DNA from: Candidatus Bathyarchaeia archaeon
GTDB lineage: Archaea; Thermoproteota; Bathyarchaeia; Bathyarchaeales; Bathycorpusculaceae
Assembly: GCA_049515895.1 (NCBI GenBank)
Contig: JBEKTQ010000012.1
Location: forward strand, 1-64,000
Length of the DNA: 64,000 bases
Direction of reading: 5' to 3'
Numbering within the stretch: the first letter of the stretch is position 1; every line of letters begins with the position of its first letter. This document shows, in pieces, positions 1 to 9,348 of this stretch. The position numbers were made by a program, and so were the translations under genes. The notes beneath the pieces are model-generated. The model was given only the letters and a program-made list of their open reading frames with translations, had not been told where the DNA came from and ran no database searches.

Positions 1-2
1 AC

Positions 3-167
3 TGGCTAGCCCTCCTACGCCAAACAGACGCCTACATCATGGCTTCCAACACTGCAAGCAACAACGAATGGAACTCAAATCCATATTCGAACGGATTCTC
101 AAACCCATTTGGAACAGCAAACACAAGCCCACTTGAACTCTGCATCTACGGAACCATCCAAACATGA
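3..167 (+). CDS. 3' end of a probable secreted/surface protein (truncated by window edge)
   Basis: Open frame from nt 3 (WLALLRQTDAYIMASNTASNNEWNSNPYSNGFSNPFGTANTSPLELCIYGTIQT) to TGA at 165-167; N/S/T-rich. Confidence 0.55.
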   Translation, partial: WLALLRQTDAYIMASNTASNNEWNSNPYSNGFSNPFGTANTSPLELCIYGTIQT

Positions 168-755
168 ACGCCCGACCCAACACCAACACCCACCCCAGCA
201 CCAACGCCAACACCTACTCCAAGTTCAAACCCTGGCTAGAGCGCCAGCAGAGAAAACCAAATAGAAGATTACATAGAAATAGGTTAGGTTTCTAAAAGCA
301 AATAACCGGTATTAACTGCCGGCTTTTGCCCATTACCAATAAACCCATTGAAATGTTGAGCAACATACTGCTAAGGAAAGGTAAATTGTTTTCTAATGCT
401 AGTGATATGCGAGCATGCTTTTTCTTTTTTTGGAGTTTTTCTTAATGATGAAACTAAAGTTCTGAGATGCCCTGACTGTACATATTTAGCATAGAAAAAA
501 CTCGAAATTCTTCTCGGCAGTTTCCACTTTTGATTTCCTAAAGTGATGTTTAAGGCAATTGGAAGGAAAAAAAGAAGACTAAAATGATATTCTTTACTTC
601 TCCAAGAATATAAGCTCCGGATGTAATTACCTTCAATCCAATGATTTTCTCAATGTTTATCATGTAAAACATCCATCTTGGTTAAAGGTCTAAGAATACA
701 TATTTTGCCATCTATTCAAATAGGCGTCAAAACAACAAAGCTGAAAATAGAGGTG

Positions 756-1130
756 TTACTTTATTGTGCCTAACCTTTCTCTCACCGTCGCTAAGAGCTC
801 TTCAGGTTTAACTGGCTTAACTAGGAAATCGTCGGCTCCATACTCGGCAGCTTTTTTTCCAACCTCGCCGGAGGAGAAACCTGTTACAACGATTTTGACT
901 GCTTTGGGGCTATCGGGTATTTTTAGGAGAAGTTCCGTTCCGTCCATATCGGGAAGCTTGACATCAACTAAATAAACGCTGAACATAGCTTTTTTAATTT
1001 TTTTGAGGGCATCTTTGCCTGTCTCAGCAGTCTCAACTGAGTATCCTTCTTTCTCTAATATGCTTTTAAAAGCTCTCAAAATATTAACATCGTCATCTAC
1101 TACGAGAATTTGCTTTCTTTTCCAGAGCAC
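756..1130 (-). CDS. Stand-alone response regulator receiver (CheY-like) protein
   Basis: ILVVDDD acidic pocket, VDVKLPDMDG phospho-Asp motif, VVTG, and KP motif in DFLVKPV. Confidence 0.93.
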   Translation of the reverse strand: MLWKRKQILVVDDDVNILRAFKSILEKEGYSVETAETGKDALKKIKKAMFSVYLVDVKLPDMDGTELLLKIPDSPKAVKIVVTGFSSGEVGKKAAEYGADDFLVKPVKPEELLATVRERLGTIK

Positions 1131-1664
1131 CTAACTCCTCCAACTTGGCGTTAATAAATTCGAAAAAAGAATTGTTGGTTGGGGCATTCCAACCTTTTGA
1201 TGTAGCTGATTAATTAGGTTTGTCCCCGTGTTAAGCAATGTATCTTATAGATGTGTTTAGTGGGACATTAACTTTTGCAATCGACTAAATGGGCTGTGCC
1301 GTCTGGACAAAAGACTTTCTCGCCTACGCAAACCCGGTTGAATCGGCGTTTGCACTCATATAGTTGTCTTTCGCATCCGTCACAATCACGAGATAGCATC
1401 TTGTCACCTTACCTTCTAATATGAATTCGTAAGTAAGTCCACATCATATAAATAAAGATTATTGTTTTCCAGTAGTATCGGCAGTGCAGCCCAACCCATG
1501 TACAGTTGAACTTAGCTCCTTAAGCATGTTGACATGAGCCTCTGAATTCATGGGCATGCATTCACCCCGGGAACTTAAGCAAATGGTTAAAAATGGCTAG
1601 CTTCACGAGTTGGGTATTCACCATAAGTTTTTTAGGGTTTGTTTATGAATAGTGACGGTCATGA

Positions 1665-3635
1665 TTGTTGCACGGAGGGTCTAATTTAGGGTTTTCCGCC
1701 GAAAAGGTTTCTTTTGTTAGGCGGTTCCGTCAACGGTTAGTCTGGTTAGTCTATTTTGCGCTTGGTTTATGCTTGGTTTATTCGCTATTTTATGCGGCGC
1801 GTTACTTCGGTTTGTCTTTTTTCGTTTTGTCGAACAGGGGCATGGTGGACCATGTGGTTAGTGGCAGTTTGGTTTCGGTACCATGGGACGTCGGGGTTTG
1901 GAGTTTCGGTGTTCTTATTGTTTTGGCTCGGCTCTTCTACGATTTACGCATCAAATTAGCAGGCCGGTCTTACCGGCTACCTGCAATCTTTGCTTTGTTT
2001 GGATTAGCCGTTTGGGCTTGTTTGGTCATTCTTGGTTTGGTTAGTTTGGTGAATTTAGCTCTGGTCAGCGCCTTACTTATTGCGCTCTGCCTTTCGTTTT
2101 CTCATGATTTCTTTGCTGTTTCTCGATTTGACCTATTTTTGCGTTTGCTGTTTGGCGCCATTCTGGCTGTTTCGCTTGTCGAAGTTGCCGCTTTGGCTTT
2201 GTTTAGTGTTCCCGTTGCCTTGAACTTAGGATCCGGGTCTATTGGTTTGCATTGGGGTAATGTTGAGTTAAGTTTTTCGAATTTGGCTTATCCTTTTTTG
2301 CCGTATGTTTATTTGCTGTTCGTTTTTTTGGGAATTGCTGCCTTCATTATCAAAATGGCGCCTGCAGGCTGGTTAGGGGCAAAAATAAGAGGCAAACGGT
2401 TTGGTGAGTTTCTTCACCGGTTCAACAGTCCATTTCGGTTAAGTTGGGCCGAGGCGTCAGAGTTTTTGAATGGTCGTTTTGTACTTGTTTTGGCTGTAGT
2501 GGTTTCTGGGGTGGTTTCTTGCTTATTTGTTGCTTTTACGGTTTTGCCATGGACCAATCCGACGAATATGTTGGTGAGCGTAGATTCTCCCAGTTATTAC
2601 CAGTGGATTGCCTATATGCACAGTGTCAACGCCAATTCTGCTTTGTCTTTTGCTTTTGCAAACGATAGGGCTTTGTTTTTGGTTTTGCTTTACGCCTTGT
2701 CTTCTTTGGCTTCGCCGTACGTTGTTATTCAGTATATTGCTGCCCCGTTAATCGTGTTGTTTGGCCTTGCTACACTTTTTGTTTTGAGGCTGATTTGCCG
2801 TTTTCACGCAGTATGGATTTTTGGCGTTTTGCTCGTGCCCTTTTCTTTTCAATCTTTAGGCTTAATCTATTCTGGCTATTTTTCCAACATATTAGCCTTG
2901 ACTTTTGTGCTTGTTTACGTAATTTTGTTTTTCAAGGTTCTTGATTCCGGGTCTAGCTTGAAGTTTTTTGCTCTGTTGGGCGTTTCAGTGCTCATTTTGT
3001 TTACCCATTCTTGGACTTGGTACATTTTTGCGTCTTCCCTTGCCACATTTTTACTTTTGGAATGGCGTTCAGCCGTGCATGATAAACCTTTATGGAGTCG
3101 GTTTAGGCTAAAGACCACCCTTATTGCTTCCACCATTGGGGTTGGATTGGTTTGTGTCCTTGTTCGCAGCTTGTTGTCTTCCGTCACACCAGCTACTTCA
3201 GTTCTTGCCGCAGCACAGTCAAATCTGGGTCTTCCAAATGAAGCATACCTCTTGAGTGGATTTCGAAATACGGTGGATTTTGTTTTAGGAGGCGTCTTTG
3301 CTAATCAGCTGCTTGTTTTCCTTTCGGTTGTTGGTTTTCTGTTTCTGTTGAAGTTTAAGTCTGAAGTTTCAAATTTCTTTATTTCTTGGATTTTTGTGGC
3401 TTGCGCCGCAATTTTGTTTGCTTCACAGAATTTATTTTTCGATAGATTTTCGTTTTTAATGCCCTGGGTAGTTTTGTCTAGTTTGGGATTGTTTTCCATC
3501 GTTGGTTTTGTCGGATCAAGGTTTGGGGGTTGGAAAGGTTGGCGAGTGGGATTAGTTGCGTTGGTTTTGGTCTGCGTTTTCTTAGTATTCTTGAATGGCA
3601 GTCTGAGGTATCTTTTTAACATCAACATCTGGTAA
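1665..3635 (+). CDS. Polytopic membrane protein, probable GT-C-fold glycosyltransferase-like
   Basis: 656 aa, many hydrophobic helices, loop SVDSPSYYQW and FTHSWTW resembling GT-C proteins; glycan-gene neighbourhood. Confidence 0.6.
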   Translation: MLHGGSNLGFSAEKVSFVRRFRQRLVWLVYFALGLCLVYSLFYAARYFGLSFFVLSNRGMVDHVVSGSLVSVPWDVGVWSFGVLIVLARLFYDLRIKLAGRSYRLPAIFALFGLAVWACLVILGLVSLVNLALVSALLIALCLSFSHDFFAVSRFDLFLRLLFGAILAVSLVEVAALALFSVPVALNLGSGSIGLHWGNVELSFSNLAYPFLPYVYLLFVFLGIAAFIIKMAPAGWLGAKIRGKRFGEFLHRFNSPFRLSWAEASEFLNGRFVLVLAVVVSGVVSCLFVAFTVLPWTNPTNMLVSVDSPSYYQWIAYMHSVNANSALSFAFANDRALFLVLLYALSSLASPYVVIQYIAAPLIVLFGLATLFVLRLICRFHAVWIFGVLLVPFSFQSLGLIYSGYFSNILALTFVLVYVILFFKVLDSGSSLKFFALLGVSVLILFTHSWTWYIFASSLATFLLLEWRSAVHDKPLWSRFRLKTTLIASTIGVGLVCVLVRSLLSSVTPATSVLAAAQSNLGLPNEAYLLSGFRNTVDFVLGGVFANQLLVFLSVVGFLFLLKFKSEVSNFFISWIFVACAAILFASQNLFFDRFSFLMPWVVLSSLGLFSIVGFVGSRFGGWKGWRVGLVALVLVCVFLVFLNGSLRYLFNINIW

Positions 3636-3734
3636 TCTTGTCTTTGTTTTGGGGTAATGGACGTTAAGTATGGTCTAAAAAACCTTTTAAGTAACACTAC
3701 CGATATAAGCTGAAATGATGGGGAACCGGCAAAA

Positions 3735-4871
3735 ATGATCAGTAAATCAAAATTATCTGTAATCTCGGTAGTTGCCTTTCTTTTGCTTTCGTTGTCTATT
3801 AGTTTAGTGGGAGCGCAATATACAACTTCACAAACCACCAATGTGACCATCGATTCTCACGGGACATTTACTGCGACGGCATCGAATGTCGGCGTTACAT
3901 ATGACATTCAGGGAACGCCTGGTGCAACAGGAACCGTAACCGCTGACGTTTATAACGGCAATCCTCAACCTACCGCTTCCATTCCAAGGGGAGATTCACT
4001 GACTCATTTCATAGCTATCGCTTTCAACATGAACGCATCTGATTTCACGAAGGCGACAATTAACATAACCTACACCTCCGCGGATGTTCAAAATCTTCAG
4101 CAACCCTACGCGGTTTTCAAGTACGTGGCTTCTACAAATAGTTACACGAAGTTTCTTTCCACCGTGGACACGAACGCGAAGGTTATAACGATTACATTGA
4201 ATAGCATTAACGATCCGGTGCTTGCAATAGGCGGAACCAAGAGTGTAAGCGCAGGCGGGATTTCTGGGGCGGTATGGGCAGCAATAATAGTTGTCATAAT
4301 CGCAGTGATTCTGATAGTTGTGTTTATATTTAGCCGTAGGCGTTCGTGGGCACCCATAAAAGTAGTTGATAGGAACAATCAATTTTCGAATAGCGAACAA
4401 AATACAGATTTATATCCAAACGCACAACCAACAAACATTAATATGGAAAACAAGCCGCAAACCGTCGATTCGACAGAGCGGAAAATCGAAAACCAAGAAA
4501 TGGAATTCAAAGATTCAGCCAACGCGGAAAGCCTTAGTTTAATGCCCCAACCTGAACCGGCAGAAACCAAAGTTGAAGAGGAACAGCGACCTTTGGCAGC
4601 TGTTCCAAACGCCGATATCTTGCCGACAGAAACACCACATCCTCAAATGGAAACAGAGGAACAACAAACTTCTGCAACTGTTCCAAACGCCGATATCCTG
4701 CCGAAAGAAATTCCACAACCTCAAATGGAAACCAGAAGCGTCCAAAATAGTTCGCCAACCGCAATTCAAAATAACACCAAAGTCACTCCTCCAAACGCGA
4801 ACGCACAAAAGAAAAACAATTTAGCCGCGGCAAAGAAAAAGAGAAACAAAAACAAGAAACCAACACGCTGA
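3735..4871 (+). CDS. Single-pass surface protein: signal peptide, beta-rich extracellular domain, TM helix, disordered cytoplasmic tail
   Basis: Hydrophobic N-terminus, T/N-rich beta domain, AVWAAIIVVIIAVILIVVFIF followed by SRRRS, Q/E/P-rich tail. Confidence 0.8.
   Translation: MISKSKLSVISVVAFLLLSLSISLVGAQYTTSQTTNVTIDSHGTFTATASNVGVTYDIQGTPGATGTVTADVYNGNPQPTASIPRGDSLTHFIAIAFNMNASDFTKATINITYTSADVQNLQQPYAVFKYVASTNSYTKFLSTVDTNAKVITITLNSINDPVLAIGGTKSVSAGGISGAVWAAIIVVIIAVILIVVFIFSRRRSWAPIKVVDRNNQFSNSEQNTDLYPNAQPTNINMENKPQTVDSTERKIENQEMEFKDSANAESLSLMPQPEPAETKVEEEQRPLAAVPNADILPTETPHPQMETEEQQTSATVPNADILPKEIPQPQMETRSVQNSSPTAIQNNTKVTPPNANAQKKNNLAAAKKKRNKNKKPTR
4578..4733 (+). repeat. Tandem 78-bp (26-aa) in-frame duplication
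   Basis: EEQRPLAAVPNADILPTETPHPQMET / EEQQTSATVPNADILPKEIPQPQMET. Confidence 0.9.
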
Positions 4872-5087
4872 ACTCCAAATTTTAAAATCTTTTCGTTCCC
4901 AAAACCGGAACCAAAAAAAGAACAGAAAAGGCAACTCTAAGCTAAAGAGAACTTCTCTATTGACTCAGTTAAACCCCTCTGTGCCAAGTTTCCACTCAAC
5001 TTTAGCTTTCTTTGTTCCATGCCTCGTATAAACTTAGGATTAGCTAGAGTTTTTCAGGTTGCCGCTTGTCCACTCTCGCTGTTGATA

Positions 5088-6182
5088 TCAATCAGCCATG
5101 GGATTTCTTTGGACTAGTGCACTTATAGCATTGGCCAGCGCATTAGATGCTTCTTGCCTTGCCTCTATTGATATGTCGGTTTCCAGTTTTTCAAGCTCTG
5201 TATGTAGACTTTCCACTTCGGCTGTAAGCTCCTGCTTCTTCTTCTCGTATTTCTCGCGAAGTGCATCTTGTTCAGCGGTAAATTTGCTCTGCATCTTTTC
5301 CAATTCGGTCTCACTAGACTGAAGATCTTTTTTTGTTTGAGCGAGTTTATCTGCAGTTTTCTTCTTGAAAATCTTGTTCTTCGTATCTTCCTGGATTTTT
5401 ACATCACTCATCAATTCACGTATTCGGTAAAGTAGGGGTTCAGTGTCATGCTCTTTTTTGAGGGTTAGCGCTTTGGATTTTTCAGCATACTCCTTATCGG
5501 TCTCCACAAGAAGATTATTGTTATCAGCCATAGATTTCGCGACTGCCTCTATTTTTGCCTCTTCAAGCTTTTTCTGGGCCAAGGCGCTTTCAACATCTTC
5601 GAAAATCTGCGAACGTTCCTTGACAAACTGCTCGTCCACCTTTATGGCAGAATTCGACTCAAACTGCGAAACGATTAGCCTCAGATTAACGAGCCAGTCG
5701 TCAAAATACTGATCAAATGGCGGAACAGCAAAAACCTCGCTGCCCAACTTGTTCGATGCATCGAGCGTTTTCTCCACGAGCTCTTTCCTCGCGATGATAT
5801 TCTGCTCTTTTTGAAAATCATTTTTGGTTTCCTGCGGTTTCTCCACTTCTACATTCTGCATTTTTGGAATGTCCATTGGGGGCGGTGGCGGTTTTTCAAT
5901 TTCTGCATTCTGTCGCTTAAGATAGTTATTTGACGGTTGCTGTGGTTTTTCAACTTCTAAGCTTGGTTCTTTGAGATAATCATTTTTCGGTTGCTTCGGT
6001 TTCTCTGCTGCCATCAGGACTTTAAGCGAATTAATGTCCGCTCTCAATGATGCAATTTCATTTGCTAAAGCATTAGCTTTGGCGTCAGCCATCTTCTTAA
6101 GTTCTTCAATGTCGGCCAAAAGGCTTAGCTTTTCAGCCTCCAAACTTCTTATCTTGTTGACTCTATCTTTAAGGCTACTCAT
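5088..6182 (-). CDS. Coiled-coil protein of unknown function with four 18-aa EKP repeats
   Basis: 364 aa, K/E-rich heptads; EKPKQPKNDY / EKPQQPSNNY / EKPPPPPMDI / EKPQETKNDF at 18-aa spacing. Confidence 0.8.
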   Translation of the reverse strand: MSSLKDRVNKIRSLEAEKLSLLADIEELKKMADAKANALANEIASLRADINSLKVLMAAEKPKQPKNDYLKEPSLEVEKPQQPSNNYLKRQNAEIEKPPPPPMDIPKMQNVEVEKPQETKNDFQKEQNIIARKELVEKTLDASNKLGSEVFAVPPFDQYFDDWLVNLRLIVSQFESNSAIKVDEQFVKERSQIFEDVESALAQKKLEEAKIEAVAKSMADNNNLLVETDKEYAEKSKALTLKKEHDTEPLLYRIRELMSDVKIQEDTKNKIFKKKTADKLAQTKKDLQSSETELEKMQSKFTAEQDALREKYEKKKQELTAEVESLHTELEKLETDISIEARQEASNALANAISALVQRNPMAD

Positions 6183-6330
6183 TTTCTGTGTACTCCCCAG
6201 ACGACTTATCCATTAGCTTATTTTGCACTTAAGACTTTTGCAACAACAACCCAAAAAGAAACGCGGACTGAAAAGAATGATCTATGAATGTGCATGTTGA
6301 TTCCTAAAAAACTAACGCAACGGCTTGAAG

Positions 6331-7410
6331 TCACTTTAGCTGTTCTCTTAGAATACTGGTAATTCTCGAACCAGCTTTGCCGTCGCCGAACGGATTCACC
6401 CACGTTTTCGTTTTGGCATAGCTGACTTTTGCCGCCTCAAGGATTTTAGCGGGATTAGTGCCGGCAAGGATGTTTGAGCCAACTTCTATGGTTTCAGGCC
6501 TCTCCGTGTTATCGCGCAACGTCACGCAGGGCACGCCGAGGATGCAGGTTTCTTCTTGCACCCCGCCTGAGTCGGTTAAGACCAGTTTTGCTTTGCTTTC
6601 AAGCTCAAGAAACGCCAAATAATCCAGGGGCTCAACCAACGTTAACCCAACTGCACCTATGCCAAAGAGTTCAAGCTGCTTTGCTGCACGCGGATGAATA
6701 GGATAAATTAATGGAACCCCAAACTCGCGTTGAACCCTCTGCAGACCCTTGATGATGCCGCCGAATCGGTTTTTATCGTCTACGTTTTCTTGCCTGTGCG
6801 ACGTAGCCAACATAAACTTGCCCTCAGCAAGAGACAAATCTTTGAGGATTTTGGTTTTGCATTTCGCTATTTTCAAGTTTTGATTCACGGCATCGACTAT
6901 TGTGTTGCCCACCATGAAGACTTGGTTTTCTGATATGCCCTCATGAAGCAGGATTTCTCGTGATTTTGATGTGGGCGCAAACAGGTAATCCGAGCAGTGG
7001 TCAGCTAAAACGCGGTTGGTTTCTTCAGGCATTCGACGATCGTAGCTGCGTAGCCCAGCCTCTACATGCCCAACTTTGATGCCGAGTTTCACAGCGGCCA
7101 GCGCGCCCGCCAATGCCGTGTTCGTGTCTCCTTCAACCAAAACCGCGTCGGGGGATTCCCGCATCAAAATTTCTTCTATGCCGCCGAGCATTTTGCCCGT
7201 TTGTTTTCCATGCGTGCCTGAGCCTACGTCAAGGTTGTATTTTGCGTCGGGCAACTCGAGCTGCATAAAAAAGACTTTGTCCATGTTGTAGGTGTAATGC
7301 TGCCCTGTGTGCAAAATGACATAGTCTAATTGCAGCCGCTGGCATTCGCGTATGATGGGTGAAAACTTTATTATTTCGGGTCTTGTTCCCAGAATAATGC
7401 AAATCTTCAC
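6331..7410 (-). CDS. wecB: UDP-N-acetylglucosamine 2-epimerase (non-hydrolysing)
   Basis: GTRPEIIK, TGQHY, VEGDTNT, HVEAGLRS, TDSGGVQEE, TERPE motifs. Confidence 0.96.
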   Translation of the reverse strand: MKICIILGTRPEIIKFSPIIRECQRLQLDYVILHTGQHYTYNMDKVFFMQLELPDAKYNLDVGSGTHGKQTGKMLGGIEEILMRESPDAVLVEGDTNTALAGALAAVKLGIKVGHVEAGLRSYDRRMPEETNRVLADHCSDYLFAPTSKSREILLHEGISENQVFMVGNTIVDAVNQNLKIAKCKTKILKDLSLAEGKFMLATSHRQENVDDKNRFGGIIKGLQRVQREFGVPLIYPIHPRAAKQLELFGIGAVGLTLVEPLDYLAFLELESKAKLVLTDSGGVQEETCILGVPCVTLRDNTERPETIEVGSNILAGTNPAKILEAAKVSYAKTKTWVNPFGDGKAGSRITSILREQLK

Positions 7411-7628
7411 CAGTACATTGCCTCTTTGACATAATTAGATTGTCTCGCGAATAATAGCTTAACGTTTTTTGGCTTAATTGAAATTGGCAAGTCTGCAGAC
7501 TCGGTTTTTCTTCAGTTTGAGATTGTGAAAGAGCCAAGAATGAAACCTTACCTCTGGTCTGTACTTTGAAACAAAATTGTAAATTCATAAGAAAAATAAA
7601 CTTGGTTTTACGTTAACTCCGATTTGAC

Positions 7629-7898
7629 GTGCTGGCGACGTTTATGACTATAGGTTTGGGTTTCGTAATCAGTGTTTGTGACTATGTGAATGGAAATAGC
7701 GACAAAAGTTTGGATGAGATTACGGAAAAAATACTCTCTAAGGTTCACCCATGTGACCTGCAAGATTTTTTCGAAAAGATCGCGTTATTCAGTTCTCGAA
7801 ACAACCGCTACCAAGAACTGAAAGCGAACTGCGAATCACGGCTTGGCATTAAAGACGGTGAAGCCACTAGTTCAGAAGTAACGGTCTGCAAGAACTAA
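7629..7898 (+). CDS. Small hypothetical protein (real start probably near 7686)
   Basis: Charged helical composition; no recognised motif. Confidence 0.45.
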   Translation: MLATFMTIGLGFVISVCDYVNGNSDKSLDEITEKILSKVHPCDLQDFFEKIALFSSRNNRYQELKANCESRLGIKDGEATSSEVTVCKN

Positions 7899-8485
7899 TT
7901 AACCTGTTATTCTCCACGCAGCCTTAAAATGCCATGCAGAGCACCCTCCACAAACTCAAGACGCATTTCTGAAACGTGAACGAATCCAACTTACGAACAA
8001 GGAAGATTTTGTTCCGCAAAACGAAAGATAGAAGCAATTGCAGGCGGTAAGACAAGCGAATCGGCTGAGTCCTCCTCGAGAGGAGGCTGTCGATGGTCAA
8101 TCTCCCCGCCTGCTAATTCACAGATTGCTCTCATGCAGGTAAATGCTTTATGAATCCAGAATCCAGAAAAAATCTTGTTCACGCATGGAACCTGAAGGCA
8201 ACTTCGCTTGCGTACGAGTGCTTTGAAAGGTAATCGTTGCGTTCGAGGGGGGGTTTGGGGCTTCTTTCGTTGACTTTTGGGGAGATTTGGGGAGATTTCT
8301 AGACGCAACCTGCAGCCAATCCAAGCCCCATTCCAGAAAAGCAACCCAAAACACAAAGAACAAATTTGCCGAATTTTCCACAAACACCATTTGACAGATG
8401 TTACGCGTTGGAAACAATCTTTATATGCTTTTCAGGTTGCCTACTTAGTCAGAAACACAAAAGCATGAGTATTATGGGTGATTGA

Positions 8486-8761
8486 ATGGTTAGTAAAGAT
8501 CAAGGAATAGGTGGAGCGATACTAGCTGTATGCGTTATAGTTGTCGTAGGCTACTTGGTTTTAGTGGTTGATCCCGGCTTGTTTAGCCTTAACGCGACCG
8601 ATGCCCGGCTAGATTCAGTTTTGGTTCTTGTCAGCGCAGCTTTCATCGCCATTCTAGCAATCGGCGCATGGATAGGCTACACCATGGCATCAACCCCGCC
8701 TCCGAAACCAATCGAAGAAATCGCAGCAGAAACTGAAGACAAAGAAGAAACACCGAAATAG
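8486..8761 (+). CDS. Small two-TM archaeal membrane protein
   Basis: GGTGA-type SD; two hydrophobic helices ending in WIGYTMASTPPPKPIEEI, a motif typical of a conserved TACK small-protein family. Confidence 0.8.
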   Translation: MVSKDQGIGGAILAVCVIVVVGYLVLVVDPGLFSLNATDARLDSVLVLVSAAFIAILAIGAWIGYTMASTPPPKPIEEIAAETEDKEETPK

Positions 8762-8829
8762 ACGCGCACGCCACCCCCAAACAACCAGACAACGACAAAA
8801 AGCGCTGCCTTGCCCTCTACTATGGCTTA

Positions 8830-9084
8830 ATGCATGTTGGTGAGACGGATTTGTCTTTTTTTCCCCTTTTAAACGGGTATTCCAGTTCGCGGCATATTTC
8901 AATTTCGGAAACTTGCTTTAAGAACGTGAATTCGACAGATGGCTTCATGAACTTATTCAAGAAAATCGAGCGGAACCTCACCATTCTTGTCATGAGTCCA
9001 CTGGTTGAACTTGACAAGAAAGAACGGGAGAGAAAACTTAACGAGAGATTGAAGCGCATTGAAGAAAAGCACAACCGCAGGTAA
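8830..9084 (+). CDS. Small basic hypothetical protein (start uncertain, possibly 8947)
   Basis: Coiled-coil-like C-terminus ELDKKERERKLNERLKRIEEK. Confidence 0.35.
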   Translation: MHVGETDLSFFPLLNGYSSSRHISISETCFKNVNSTDGFMNLFKKIERNLTILVMSPLVELDKKERERKLNERLKRIEEKHNRR

Positions 9085-9348
9085 ACAGAAATTTTTCTGC
9101 AACGTTTCCGAGAATCAACAAAACGCTGTATCAAAGAGACATGGTCTTGTCCCCCTCAAAGGATCTATGAAAGCCAACATTGAGAACTCAAAAAAAATCG
9201 ATCCATCAAAAAGCCTGAGTGCCCGCCCAATGACCAACCTTTTCGATTTATCTTCATTGCCGTTTCATGAAAAAGAAAAAATATTTATTCGAAACTCTTG
9301 TTTTACTTAGGAAAAGATCTGACAGCTGCCTGTTTAGAGACGGTTGAC

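Noticed and set aside
7991-8468. Overlapping ORFs of 63-130 aa
   Set aside because: No motifs, atypical composition, mutually overlapping.
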